NCBI GenBank assembly: GCA_051362555.1 | Contig: CM120642.1 | Span: 2,976,001 to 3,040,000, forward strand | Source: Lingula anatina | Lineage: Eukaryota > Animalia > Brachiopoda | Direction of reading: 5' to 3' | DNA length: 64,000 nucleotides | Part shown: positions 1-12,396 of the stretch, piece by piece | Layout: each line of letters starts with the position of its first letter | Numbering within the stretch: position 1 is the stretch's first letter | Notes under the pieces: model-generated | The model's input: the letters and a program-made list of their open reading frames with translations, nothing else | Databases searched by the model: none | Told to the model about the DNA's origin: nothing | Made by a program: the position numbers and the translations under genes

Positions 1-1095
1 GTGTGTTCCTTTATCACTTAAAAGATATCAATTTAATGTAACTGTCTAAATGATAACCAGTTCAATTTCCAAATTAATCAAATGTCCCCTGTAGTGATGG
101 TTTTATCCCCAAGTCTTCTCATCCTCTGGCTGTATGTATTGTGTGGGAAGGTTGCAAATGTTTGGTCTGATGAAAATGAACTTGTATTACATGAGCACTG
201 AGAATCACAATTCTGTAAAACTGTACTTGAGAACAACAGGCACATGGCAGGTTGCATATTGAACATTACACCCCCTATCACCAACTAACCATTGCCAGTA
301 TATTGCCTTCTGCATGTATGGTAGCTGCTTAAAAAGGCTTTCACTAACTTTGGCCAATATTTTTAGGCCTTTAGGCCTTTCTCTCTTTGCTAACTGAGTT
401 AGTGGCAGAAAAAGGAAAGAAAAGAAAGACAAAAACTCATCCTGTATCCTGCTTAGTCACACTCACACCACCTTGTCATAATAATACAGCACTTAAGGGT
501 ACCTAGAAAGCACATTTTCAGTATAGCTGTGGTCTGCAACAATTAATGGGGCTTTGTTGGAAAACACACACTGTATAATTTTAAAGGTATAATTTTATAG
601 CCATTCGGTACTATCTAGAACACAAATTTTTCTATGAATTTCTGAAAGCTTTTTTTCAACTTAAGTTTGTACACATTGCAATTTCTCTTTTCACAGTTTC
701 ACCCACCACTTATATTCTACTATGAAAAGATGATAAAGTTTTTTCATGAGCATTTTTACACTAGAAGGTTTTTTAAAAATGATTCATCACAAAATTTAAT
801 CACACTCATAAAGGGCAGTTTTTGTATGATGTTTATGCAGCATCTTCTAGTCAGTGACACACAGATTAACTCTTATGAAATTATGAGTAAAGCAAACACT
901 TTATTGTGGAATACAGATCAGGGAAGGTGACTAATCTCACAACTCTCACAACTGCATTTATGTTAATCACTACAGCTCAGTAATAAAGGAGATTTTACAA
1001 AAAACTATGTTGCTCTGATTTTGTAGGATTATGTTAAAGACTTGGGATGCACTGTAAGTGAACAGAAATGACTTCTTTGTTTGGCCCACTTTCAG

Positions 1096-1194
1096 AGTTC
1101 CTTACGTCCGTTCCTGGTGGACCCGTCGTCGCGTGCTACAGAGTGGCTCAAGGTTCACCTGAAGGAACATAAGCTGGAAGTTGTCAACCAACAG
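1096..1194 (+). CDS. DYNC2H1: DYNC2H1 exon (1st in window)
   Basis: ttcag|…|gtgtgt; SSLRPFLVDPSSRATEWLKVHLKEHKLEVVNQQ, 99 nt. Confidence 0.95.
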
Positions 1195-4100
1195 GTGTGT
1201 GAGAACTTACTGACCATGACATACAGGCTATCAGTGGATTAAAACCAGACATTGTGCAGGCAATTAAAAGCAGAGAAAAATAATTGAATAAAATTATAAG
1301 TAAATTAATAAAAAAAAAATATGAATAGATAGAAGAATAAATGAAAGTCTTATGAATTTATCAATTAAGCATAAAAAAAGAAGTCTACAGTAAATATGTT
1401 GATAATCTTTCAATTTTTCTCACAAATCTAATCATTTGTGAAATCTAATAATTCAATATGTCATGTTTTTATCATAGATAATTTTGATTTTTTTCATAAA
1501 TCTGAAATAAATTGAACATAAAATATATCATAAGATATAGCTTAAGTTATCATTATGTAGTCATTCTGGTTGGTAGTTCCAATAATCCATGTTGTTGATT
1601 ATTCAGGATGGTAACTTCATCACTGCTCTAGAGCTGGCTGTCAGGTTTGGGAAGACACTACTTATCCAAGAGATGGATGGAATAGAGCCCATATTGTATC
1701 CTCTTCTTAGAGGAGATCTGCTGTCTCAAGGTGAGTGTTCTACCAGTTATAATAGAGCCCATATTGTATCCTCTTCTTAGAGGAGATCTGCTGTCTCAAG
1801 GTGGGTTTTATGCCAGTGATGGGATTCATACACAATTTACTTGTCATCATACAGAAGTTCTAGTTTAATCAAAAAAGTATTTCACATGTTTTAAAGTTAA
1901 TCTGAACTTTGCTTACCTAAATAATACGAACCGTTTTGTTTCAGGCAGTCTTATTATAGACTAGTAACTTATCATTAAACGTAATTTGGTGATATCATTT
2001 TGAAGACAGTGCATTTATTATCAAGCACTTAATTCCAATTTCTTGCCCCAAGGTCCAAGATTTGTGGTACAACTTGGTGAGAAGACCATTGACTATAACG
2101 AGGATTTCCGCCTGTTCATGACCACCCGTAACCCTGCCCCAGAGATCCCCCCAGATGCAGCCTCGATTATCTCGGAGGTGAATTTCACCACCACCAGGGC
2201 AGGCCTCACGGGACAGGTAGATATGACTTATATTAGATTAAAAAACTTCAAATTTTGTGTCTTTGTGAGGAAAATATTATATAGAGTATCCATTTTAAAT
2301 CATTTTAAATGAGTTAATTGCTCTGAGTGAGTATTATTGACATACATACTACCAGTATATAGCCATGATTTTAATATTGGTAATTGTTTCACCTTTAGGG
2401 CTTACTAATAGCCCTCTTTTGGGAAAGCTTTCACAATTTTAAGTCATGAGCAATATAAAGTTTTACTTATTTGAAATACTTATTACTTATTTATGTGATA
2501 ATGTCAAAATTAGATCCAGATTTCAGAAGCAAAGGGAACATGACTTACGTAATTTTTTCTCTTACATCAGCTGTTAGCACAGACCATACAACATGAGAAA
2601 CCAGAGCTGGAGGTGAGGAAGACAGAGCTGCTGAAGCAAGAAGAAGATTTCAAGATTGAGCTGGCAAAATTGGAAGAATCACTGCTAGAGGTTAGTGGCA
2701 GTTTCAATAGATGCAAATATTTTAAAAAGACAGTGATGTGTCTGAAATAAACTTTTCTTGAAACTATTTGCAGATATCCAAAATACACACAGACTAATCT
2801 AAGAGATTTAAGTACCACTTTTAGTTGTATTTTTTCTATTTTTTCATTTGAATAATTTAATTTGTCTAAATTTTTAATCAAATACACAGTATCTACAGAA
2901 ATGACAAATCTGCCAAAATATGAAGACAGCAGTTTTCCAGCAACACACACCTTTTATGATAAAATTCACAGCTGACATAATCTCTCTCCAGAACCTGGCC
3001 AACTCCAAAGGCAACATCCTGGAGGACAAAGAACTGCTGGACAGTTTAAACAAGACGAAGCAGAGCAGCATGACTATCGTGGAGTCCCTCTCGGAGTCTG
3101 TCAGGCTGCAGGCCTCTCTGGACCAGGAGAGGGGGGCGTACCTGCCCTTGGCTGAGAATGGGAGCCGTCTGTACTTTGTGATCAGTGACCTGGCCAAGAT
3201 CAATAACATGTACCGCTTCAGTTTAGCTGCCTTCTTCAGGCTGTTCCAAAGAGCTTTGAAGACTGGACAGGTAATACATGTATATTGTTGTTATTTCTCT
3301 TTATATACAGTTTGCTGATTCCTTGTTTTATCAAGCTATCCTGTAAAAGTTTAGCAAACATATAGTCTAGAGTAAGAGACTTGTTGGATGGATGGAGAGA
3401 GAAGGGGATGAATGGTGAGAAGATGGCAGGCTACAGTATAAAGGTAGTCGTAAAGAGGAGGAAGAAGATGGAGATAAAGATAAAAGTTAGACAAAAAAAG
3501 AAGAAAAAAAGAAAATTAAACAAAAAAGATAAAATAGCTATAAATAATTCATTTCTAAAAAGACTAAACATGTATTTATACCTATGAGGCTTGATGTTTT
3601 GACCAATCATCCATCCTTATAGACAGAAAACATGTTCAGTCTCTTTAGAAACAATGTATATTTTAATATGATAAAATAACTGTTTTCTTTTCTCCCCATC
3701 ACCAGCCTGGAGCCAGTCCAGAGATGAAGGTGAAGACACTGAACGACTCCCTTCAGACACTCGTCTATGAGTACGTCTGTCGGTCACTGTTCAAGGCTGA
3801 CCGCCTTATGTTTGCCCTTCACATGGTCCATGGAATGAAACCACAGGAGTTCAAAGAGAATGTGAGTGGATTGTATACTGAATGTTTTCAGCACTTAATT
3901 TTCAAAATGAATTGAATTCAGTGTGAATGGCTTTCTTTGACTTTATAAGCATATTCAGCAAGAAATTCTAAGCATTATCATAAAAGAAAAAAAAATGGTC
4001 TGCTGCAAATATTTTGACTCATTCTGATGCTGGAAAAATATTGCCAATATTATGCCTTGTTGACATGTAAAGTTTAATCTTTTTAAGATAAAAATACCTT

Positions 4101-7100
4101 TGGACAACACAATTTATATAATTTTCTGCCATGTTGTTGTGTAGGAGTGGGAGCTGTTCACTGGCCTGTTGGTGGCTGATGTGAAGGCAGACCACAGTAA
4201 ACAGTCCAGAGATATCCCAGCATGGGTGGACCAGGAGAGACCACAAGCTCTTCTGCTCCTGAAGGTAAGATTTGAAGCTTTAAAGGTTCCAGCTGACTAT
4301 TTTCCTGTAACAGATTAGCTCCTTTATAGTTATGTAATTATGGTTCAAGATGAGTTATTTAAAGAGATGATGTGAATAAGTTAAGAATATGTTCCACAGT
4401 TCCTAGGAATAATTTTAAACACATATCTGACACTGAAGCCATTTGTCCTTTGAATATTTCAGTCCACATTCCCAGATTTGTACCAGCAGTTGAATTTCCA
4501 AGACACAGATCTCTGGTCCAATTTTGCCAGGAGCAGTGAGTGTGAGAAGGAATTCCCCTCAGCCATTGCCAAGAAGATCTCCCTGTTCCAGCAGGTTCTG
4601 GCAGTTCAGGCCACCAGGCCAGACAGGCTGCAGAGTGCTATGAGTCTGTTTGCTGTTAAAGCTTTATGTAAGTGCTGTTGGTCACAGTTGTTACTTGTAT
4701 TTTGAAAGTGGCATGTTGTGAACATGTTGACATTTTTAAGTTATGAGTCTGGTTTGTGCAAAACCTTTATAAGACAAGTTTTATTGATTAGACTGCCTCC
4801 ATTTGTTTTACTATTTCATTAAATTGGCCTATTCTGATTATTTAAAGTACTCTTGCTCTTTTTTGACAAATTGTCTAAAAACCTCTGTGCATGTGTATCA
4901 CTGTTCTCTGGCATACGTTTTTTTTTTATTAATTTTTGTACTAATAGAGGAATTTAGACATTTTTATTCTCCTGATAGCAATTTAGACAGTGGTGAGATA
5001 ATTTTACCGGAATTGTGTTTTATAGTCATTTCCATGAAATCAAACGTTTTGCCTTACACAGTTTTGAAAGAAAATTTCATGAACTCTTGTAAAGGTTTAT
5101 GCATGATTTATAAAGTTATATGACCAGGTTTTCATTTTGTCTTCCCACAGCGAGAACAGAACTGTCCCCACCATCCGTGAACTTGAAACGGCTGTATCAG
5201 AATGAGACCTTACCAGCTGAGCCTATCTTGATTGTCATCTCGCCCGGTGCTGACCCCTCTCAGGAGTTGGAAGAAATGGCCTCAGAAGTCATTGGGAAGG
5301 ACAAATATCACCAGGTAAATTTTTTAGCTCTGCAGGGAAGTGGCAGATTTCTGATAGATGCCAGATTTTTGCTAATTGATTTGAATATTTAATTTAAAAA
5401 AAAAAAAAACAAAATGCTTTTGTCACACTTGCTAAGGTGACATCACAGACTAAAGGGACAACAGTATAATCTGTTGGAAAATTCATATCTTTAATCACTG
5501 TTTAAAAGTCGCACTATTAAAAAAAAACTGGTACAAAAAGATTGAAAGTTGCCTTTTTTAACCTTTCTCAGCTGAGAGTTTTTTGGCCTTGATCACTCTC
5601 ACCTATGATGCTAATGTCACAATTTTATGATGGGAACTAGATTTATATGTTGTAGTTATAGACAAAGGAAGAGGATATCTGGTTAATGATTGTGTTTATT
5701 TTCCCTAGGTTGCCATGGGTCAGGGTCAGGCAGACATTGCCCTACAGTTACTTCATGACTGTGCCAGGAATGGAGAGTGGCTGTGTCTGAAGAACCTACA
5801 CTTGGTCACTTCATGGTTACCTGTACTGGAAAAGGTGAGGCAAAGAACCTCTCATGATGTCCATGTTTATTAATTAATTAATTGTGATATTTATATGAAA
5901 TAAGCAGATATGAGATAAAATATTTTGAATGTCATAACCAGTTTTCTTGATAAAAAATTGCACTCAAACCAACCAAGGTTGCAATTGAAAAAAATCAATG
6001 AAAGTTTTGGAAATTAAGGAAAAACTGGTAACTGGCTACTGTAACATACCAGTAACAGAATATTATGTATAAAAAATATTATTATCATACTGTTCAGAAA
6101 ATATTAGTAAGTTATGTCACATTGTATAATGTCAAATGCCTGAATGCTAGTATCGTTGTGTTTTATTGAATTCCAAATGTCTGAATGCTAGTGTGGTTGT
6201 GTTTTAGGAAATCAACACCATGACCCCCCACCAAGATTTCCGTCTGTGGATGACAGCAGAAGTTCACCCTAAGTTTCCCACAATTCTCCTGCAGTCAAGT
6301 CTCAAGATCACATATGAGGTCAGAATGAAGTTAATGGACCATGTTTTGTAAAATATATGATTTATTTTACATAGATTTGAAATGAAAGTTTTCAAAGAAT
6401 TTTAATGTGAATTTAGTCAAATTGATATAATGTGATAGAACAGGTTATTTTCTTCAATTTATCACTTAAACTCTTTTTCAGTAATTTGATTACCTGGATG
6501 AATTGCCGGTGAGATAGCAGGCTTAAGTATAGTCATTAATACATAAGTCTTGAAAATCCATACTCTATTGCATGTATGAGATAGTTGTGTAAGAAGCCCC
6601 AATGACTATAATATGGGGTATTCTTGTAATTGTTACAGGCTCCACCTGGTGTCAAGAAAAACCTCCTTCGTACTTATGAGAACTGGAGCCCAGAATTCAT
6701 CACCCGTGGTAACAACACGGTTCGTGCACAAGCCCTGTTTGCACTGGCCTGGTTCCATGCTGTGTGTCAGGAGAGAAGAAACTACATTCCACAAGGATGG
6801 ACCAAATTTTACGAGTTCTCATCATCTGATCTCCGCGCAGGAAGTGACATCATTGACAGACTGTGTAATAAAGGTAGGTGGTAGAAGCTGTATTAAGATA
6901 TATGGCTATAAATTGATGGCATTTTGCTGGCAGTTGGATGAACATGTTCTATTAAATAATTAATATATTTATTATCAGTCATTATTGTTGAATTGAATAT
7001 TATGATATTATATTGCTTTTAGTCAGCATATGAGGTACATGTGGTGATGATGGTATTAATGCATGCCAATACTTTCATCAATAGCTTACTACTTCTGGGT

Positions 7101-10100
7101 GTATGTGTGTGGTGGTGATAATATTGGTCCATGCCTTTACTCTCATAAACAACTTACTAATCCTGATACTCAACTGTGCCCTGACTTGTCATGATATCAC
7201 TCCAGGTAAAGGTGAAGTGGCCTGGAACTTTGTCCATGGTCTGTTTGAGTTTGCCATCTATGGCGGCCGCGTTGATAACCAGTTTGACAACCGTGTGATG
7301 GTCTCCTACCTGAAGCAGTTCTTTGAGGGCGGTGTTCTCAGCGGGTCCTCCTCCAAGGGGAAGAAATTAGGACCAATTAAACTGCCCAGTACCACTCACT
7401 ACAGGGTAAAGCTCAGTGTTATTGAGATAATTTGATACACTGAGGTACTTTATATTAAAAATTAGTGCTTTTATTGATTGAGATAATGTGGTACTACACA
7501 CTGGGATATGATGGAATTGAGAAGTACAAATTTATGTCTGCAGCAATGGCTATATTGATGGCCTGACATATCCATTTTGTCCAAGGAGATTTTTATTTCA
7601 AAAGTATATTCAGTATTTAATTCATATTGCATAATATTATCCATATGGGGAATTATTATCTTTATCAGAGTTATTTGATATCCATGTGTTCCAGGACTAC
7701 CTTGATGCAATAGAAGGCCTCCCAGAGTATGATAAACCGTCATACTTTGGCCTGCCTGAGAACATTGAGAGGTCGGCCCAGAAGCAGGTCAGCTCTCTGG
7801 TCATCTCCCAGCTGAAGGTGGTCAAGAGAGCCACAGTGAAGGGGAACAAGTTTGACAAAGAAGTGTGGGCACACGAGCTCAGTCCTGTGCTGAATCTGTG
7901 GAGGAAGCTGAACCAGGTATGGCATTAATGACACGGAATTTCAAGCTCTTTATTTACTTCAGTATTGTTTGGTTTCTAGTTCAGTCGTTTTTTAGTTTTT
8001 TGCCAAAACATTTACTGATTCACAGTTTCAGAACCTTTGTTTTCATGTGTCACTGCCAAAACATTATTGGAAAATAAAAAATTGTTTTCTAATTTGAATT
8101 TTGAGAGTAAGTACCATTAACGTGCATGTGATTTCCTTAAAGGGCTGGTCCAGGATTCAAGCTGAGTGAAATGATGGCACTGGCCCTATTTAAAATTTAA
8201 GACACATTTACATAGACATTTGCATGTATTACCAACATTTCATTTTCCTTACAGGGCTCTCAGCTTATCCAGATGAAAATAACAGCGCCAAGTGAGAAGT
8301 CGGACCATGCCATGCCCATCAGTTCCTTCATTCTGCTGGAGCGCTATAACGCCATTAAGCTGGTCCAGAGTATCCACCAGTCACTGGCCGCCCTCAGCAA
8401 GGTCATCAGGGGGACGCAGCTACTGACCACTGATGTCCAGAAACTGGCCGAGGCTTTGTTGAACCAAGAGGTCAGTTCTGAGATTTCGGTATTGAGGCAT
8501 GTTTTGAGCCTGTGCCTCAAAATACTTGGAAAATGAATAAATGAGTTTTCAAAAAATGAAAACAAATTATTGATTTTTAAACCATGAGGAATCTTGTGAG
8601 ATGTATAAAGCATATTGATTATTTTACTATTTTCTATTTATTTCAATTTATTTTAATTAATTTATTTATTGATTTGTTTATTTTAATTTTCCAAAAAAAG
8701 AGTGAAAATGGAGTGTATAAAAGTGAAAATAGTTATAAGATACTACAATTTCTAATGTAACACAATTTGAGAATGTTGCTGTTTCACACGTCATTTTTAA
8801 AGCATTTACACATAAAGCTTATTCTAATAAATCTTATCAATTCCATTCATAGTTTATGAATTGTGATATTCTGTAGACCCCAATGGAGTGGCAGAAGAAA
8901 TGGGAGGGTCCAGAAGACCCCATCCAGTACCTTCACTCCCTGGTGGCCCGCGCCATGGCAATACAGGAGTGGGTCCAGAAGGTAGAGACCAAGATGTTAC
9001 TGAACGAGACCCTGGACTTGTCAGAATTATTCCATCCAGATACCTTCCTGAATGCTCTCAGACAGCAGACGGCAAGGTAAAAAGTCTTGTAAAGGAAAAA
9101 GTCCTTTATTTATTTATTTATTTATTTATTTATTTGTTTGTTTCCTCTCAGAAAGCATTTATCATATATTTATTTTTAAATGTAAAGAGAGTTCATAAAA
9201 TTTCTGGACACTTTCATTAAATACTAAGGAAAATGTGGAAGGTATTACTAGAGATGATTAAAACGTCATTTCAAGAAAGATTAGTACAAGAGTAAAAGCT
9301 GCATTAGACACTTAGCAATTAGGTTTAAAACTTTTTGAAAGAAATTCTTCCAACATTCTCCAATTATGCATTATTGCCATTTGTTTTATTCTCTTTGATA
9401 TTAAAAGAAAACAATGTCTTCAAATCCCAATTTGTCATAAAACAGCCACATGTATTCATGGCAAATGTTTGGTTAAATAAAATAGATACAATTAAAATAG
9501 CTGTGACAGAGAATTCATTCACATTTGCATTAAATGTTTCCAGAGAGATCAAGTGTTCCATGGACAGCCTGAAGTTTGCGGCATCATGGAAGGGCAGTGT
9601 CCAGGGGGCTAGGTTGTCTGCTAAACTGGGAGGACTGCTGCTGGAGGGGTGCACATTTGACGGCCAGAGACTGTCAGAGAACCAGCGGGACTCCCCCAGC
9701 GTCTCCTCGGTACCCCCTTGTGTGGTGGCCTGGATACCCAAGGTACACTGAGATTGACTGATTGATTTGTACTGAAAAGTACAAGTTTTCAACATCTGTA
9801 GTGCTCTAAGAGGAGAGAGAGACTATGTGATGTTTGAGATATTATAATAGGGTGTGTTATAATTATGTAATTCCAAGTTAACTATTGGAACTATTGCTTG
9901 ACAAGCTAATGTTTTATCCTCAACACAAATTGTACCTATGATGAGTGACAGAGGAGCACAATTACTGTTCAGTGTGAGATCAATATTAATAATTATAAAA
10001 ATATTTCAGTTCCTGTTCAATATGGGATCAACATAAAAACATTAATGTCCATATTTCAGGATTCCCCTGACCCCTACCCACCAAACGAGGTCATACCACT

Positions 10101-10218
10101 GCCCATCTACTTCAGCAGTGACCGCGAGAAGATAGTCATCAACATGAACATCCCGTGTGGTGGTAATCAGAGTCAGTGGCTGCTGTCTGGGGCTGCTCTC
10201 TTCCTGAAGGCACAGTAG
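1096..10218 (+). CDS. DYNC2H1: Cytoplasmic dynein-2 heavy chain 1, 3' part (18 exons, ~1032 aa: AAA5, strut, AAA6, C-terminal domain); 5' part lies upstream of the window
   Basis: 18 AG/GT-bounded exons join in frame (3099 nt incl. stop). Peptides such as PFLVDPSSRATEWLK, FITALELAVRFGKTL, KINNMYRFSLAAF, VAMGQGQ, QERRNYIPQGWTKFYEFS and the terminal IPCGGNQSQWLLSGAALFLKAQ* closely match human DYNC2H1 as recalled (…VPCGGNQDQWIQCGAALFLKNQ). Confidence 0.97.
1607..1730 (+). CDS. DYNC2H1: DYNC2H1 exon 2 in window
   Basis: attcag|…|gtgagt; DGNFITALELAVRFGKTLLIQEMDGIEPILYPLLRGDLLSQ+G. Confidence 0.95.
1681..1820 (+). repeat. 70-bp tandem duplication spanning the end of a DYNC2H1 exon and its 5' splice site
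   Basis: 1681-1730 is identical to 1751-1800; the following 20 nt differ at 5 positions (gtgagtgttctaccagttat vs gtgggttttatgccagtgat). Confidence 0.95.
2053..2216 (+). CDS. DYNC2H1: DYNC2H1 exon 3 in window
   Basis: ccccaag|…|gtagat; (G)PRFVVQLGEKTIDYNEDFRLFMTTRNP…GLTGQ. Confidence 0.93.
2571..2690 (+). CDS. DYNC2H1: DYNC2H1 exon 4 in window
   Basis: catcag|…|gttagt; LLAQTIQHEKPELEVRKTELLKQEEDFKIELAKLEESLLE. Confidence 0.95.
2992..3270 (+). CDS. DYNC2H1: DYNC2H1 exon 5 in window
   Basis: ctccag|…|gtaata; NLANSKGNILEDKELL…YRFSLAAFFRLFQRALKTGQ. Confidence 0.95.
3706..3861 (+). CDS. DYNC2H1: DYNC2H1 exon 6 in window
   Basis: caccag|…|gtgagt; PGASPEMKVK…YVCRSLFKADRLMFALH…EFKEN. Confidence 0.93.
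4145..4264 (+). CDS. DYNC2H1: DYNC2H1 exon 7 in window
   Basis: gtgtag|…|gtaaga; EWELFTGLLVADVK…IPAWVDQERPQALLLLK. Confidence 0.94.
4463..4667 (+). CDS. DYNC2H1: DYNC2H1 exon 8 in window
   Basis: tttcag|…|gtaagt; STFPDLYQQL…SLFQQVLAVQATRPDRLQSAM…KAL+T. Confidence 0.94.
5151..5314 (+). CDS. DYNC2H1: DYNC2H1 exon 9 in window
   Basis: ccacag|…|gtaaat; …ELSPPSVNLKRLY…EPILIVISPGADPSQELEE…KYHQ. Confidence 0.95.
5709..5834 (+). CDS. DYNC2H1: DYNC2H1 exon 10 in window (AAA6)
   Basis: ccctag|…|gtgagg; VAMGQGQADIALQLLHDCARNGEWLCLKNLHLVTSWLPVLEK. Confidence 0.96.
6133..6213 (+). repeat. ~41-bp diverged tandem duplication spanning a DYNC2H1 3' splice site
   Basis: caaatgcctgaatgctagtatcgttgtgttttattgaattc vs caaatgtctgaatgctagtgtggttgtgttttaggaaatc. 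Confidence 0.8.
6208..6318 (+). CDS. DYNC2H1: DYNC2H1 exon 11 in window
   Basis: ttttag|…|gtcaga; EINTMTPHQDFRLWMTAEVHPKFPTILLQSSLKITYE. Confidence 0.95.
6639..6873 (+). CDS. DYNC2H1: DYNC2H1 exon 12 in window
   Basis: ttacag|…|gtaggt; APPGVKKNLLRTY…CQERRNYIPQGWTKFYEFSSSDLRAG…. Confidence 0.96.
7206..7405 (+). CDS. DYNC2H1: DYNC2H1 exon 13 in window
   Basis: ctccag|…|gtaaag; …VAWNFVHGLFEFAIYGGRVDNQFD…LPSTTHYR. Confidence 0.94.
7695..7916 (+). CDS. DYNC2H1: DYNC2H1 exon 14 in window
   Basis: ttccag|…|gtatgg; DYLDAIEGLPEYDKPSYFGLPENIE…ELSPVLNLWRKLNQ. Confidence 0.95.
8255..8470 (+). CDS. DYNC2H1: DYNC2H1 exon 15 in window
   Basis: ttacag|…|gtcagt; GSQLIQMKI…PISSFILLERYNAIKLVQSIHQSLAALSKVIRG…LLNQE. 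Confidence 0.95.
8877..9076 (+). CDS. DYNC2H1: DYNC2H1 exon 16 in window
   Basis: ctgtag|…|gtaaaa; TPMEWQKKWEGPEDP…LDLSELFHPDTFLNALRQQTA+AG. Confidence 0.95.
9544..9742 (+). CDS. DYNC2H1: DYNC2H1 exon 17 in window
   Basis: ttccag|…|gtacac; …SMDSLKFAASWKG…GLLLEGCTFDGQRLSENQRDSPSVS…AWIPK. Confidence 0.95.
10060..10218 (+). CDS. DYNC2H1: DYNC2H1 terminal coding exon
   Basis: tttcag|DSPDPYPPNEVIPLPIYFSSDREKIVINMNIPCGGNQSQWLLSGAALFLKAQ-TAG. Confidence 0.96.
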   Translation, partial: DSPDPYPPNEVIPLPIYFSSDREKIVINMNIPCGGNQSQWLLSGAALFLKAQ

Positions 10219-11016
10219 TGCCATCTAGTGAAGAAGGCCAGCTTGAGATCTCAAGTTATCACAGGACTTTATAAATATATCTGACATGTGGGAGGATATT
10301 GATGGCTATTTGACAAGAAATCTGGAAGTGTTACTCCCCAAAGATGACACAAATATCATTGTTGATTTTTTGTGACATTGTTAAAAACTGAATTGACTTT
10401 TTCCTAAGGCCTATCAACAGAAAAGGAAAGTGAGATAGTTCAAATCATAAGTAAAGACTTGTTTCTTTGATAGTGTGAATAAAGTTTATGTGTATGATAT
10501 ATCAAAGTTATAGTTAAGACAGTGGTTAGGCAATATATCTCAAAAGAGACATTGATTTTCTGAAGCAGATTAAATGTATAAAGAAAAAGCCTGTGACCAT
10601 TTTAATTTTCTCTAAGTATGTGCTTTCCTTTAAATCATATATAATACAGTTTAAGGACATTTTTCAAGATTATGACTCGTATAATCGGAAATGTGACAAC
10701 ATTATTATTTTGCTGTGATATTAGTTTCAATATCTGAATTTTTCATATTTTTTTCCTTTTTGATTTATTTTTGAATTTAACCGATTTCTGTACTTGCTCT
10801 TTTTTTTTAGTATACCATATGATCATCATAGTAGTTATGTCAATTTAACAATTATTTGTTTATGATATTTAATATTTATCTTTGCTTTAAATATGGTATT
10901 TTGTTTTCATCAGTCCGTCCATGTTGTTTGAAAATTATAAAAATATGTTTTAAGAATCATTTGATTTGAATTTTAGTACCAAAATTTAAATGCTTTGAAT
11001 TTGGGAATTAAGAAAG

Positions 11017-11022
11017 AATAAA
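11017..11022 (+). promoter_or_regulatory. Candidate DYNC2H1 polyadenylation signal (a proximal AATAAA also occurs at 10478-10483)
   Basis: AATAAA followed about 20 nt later by a GT/T-rich tract (ggttgtttttgt). Confidence 0.45.
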
Positions 11023-11693
11023 GACATTTTTTCTAAATGGTTGTTTTTGTATAGTTTTCTCCAAATGTTTTCTTACAAGTGCACATATATATTGTTATGT
11101 AAAAACACTAAGTATTTTGATCATTATGTGATGGCGCTGTCACTGTCTGAGACATCAGTAACTATAATTGCCAAACTATATTTTTGTTACTTTTAATGAG
11201 TGGCAGATTGATTTTACAGTAACTACTGATTCCTTCCATAGTGGCAAACCATATTTTTGTTTAACTTCAAATTTTTGACTGATTTCTTCAGTAGGAATTT
11301 CACAGTGATTGCCCATAAAGTCTATGCATGAATGGTAGTGGTGAGCTACTGTACATCTTCTTGCTCAGAACAAGCCAAACCTTTGCATCAACATGACAAT
11401 ACACAAGTGAGCCAACTGTATTTGCATATTGAATCCCAGTCGTAGCATTTAGCGCTTCGTCTCTTCTTGCGTTTTTCCGTATAACAATCATGTCCTCACC
11501 AACATTCTTAGCCCCTTTGTGCTTACGATATTGCATGAGTCTCCTGAGTCAACAATATCTATGGGCTTCTCATCAATTAACATGGTTATAATGTGTTAAC
11601 AGTGAATACAAAGTCATAGTCACTTTCATAGTGGACTCGATTATCATTTTCAGCTTTAACAACAATTAGGTGATGGAATTAATTTTAGATAAT

Positions 11694-11699
11694 TTTATT
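11694..11699 (-). promoter_or_regulatory. Candidate polyadenylation signal of the minus-strand uncharacterised gene
   Basis: tttatt (AATAAA on -) about 1.5 kb downstream of the stop at 13189. Confidence 0.35.
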
Positions 11700-12193
11700 C
11701 ATATCATCAGATGCATGCATGCATTCACATTTTAATACATTAAACTACAGGCATTTAGTGTATAATACATGTTTATGTATATACTTTGGTATTATGACTA
11801 TAAAACTCTGTGAAATGAATATGATAGTAAATATAAATTATAATGATGTCATGAGAAAGGTTTACAAGAACAATACACTACCAACACTGAAGCACCAGTG
11901 ATTTTATATGGAGATGATAATTTGATGATAACATTTAATATACATTTTTTTTTTAATTTCAAAAACAACTAAATGTGCAGCCAATACTTCAGTTCTAAAC
12001 AAATGCACATATAGATATAAATTTGATCGAGTGAGAGTCAGGGCTATGAATAAAACAAGACATTTTCAATAAAATAAGTAACCCTTCTCTTTTTTTTTCT
12101 TGTTGCTTTAATTGTAAAAAAAGTAAAAATTATGTGTAAAGATTCATTGTGAGTAAATTGTAAAATCACATTCTTATTTCAAGCTGATATAAA

Positions 12194-12396
12194 CAGTGTT
12201 AGGAGGGACGACAACTTTCGAAAGGGCTGAGAAGATTTCACACCCAGCAGACATTCGAGCCAGATACTTTTCAAGATGGCTGAATTTTCGGTCCAGCAAC
12301 TAATTTTCCTAAGAGGCAAACACTGGATATAAACTTAAATTTGGATTTTGGACCCAGAGTACACTCCCCTAGACACAGGCCTCCAGTAACACCCTG
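12194..12396. mobile_element. Degenerate hAT-like MITE (CAG…CTG ends) in the putative 3' UTR
   Basis: cagtgttaggagg … cctccagtaacaccctg imperfect terminal inverted repeat; no TSD retained. Confidence 0.35.

Noticed and set aside
2567-10224. Antisense and alternate-frame ORFs over DYNC2H1 (e.g. 2567-2950, 2874-3209, 8344-8613, 9364-9795)
   Set aside because: Shadows of real exons running into introns; no independent coding signal.
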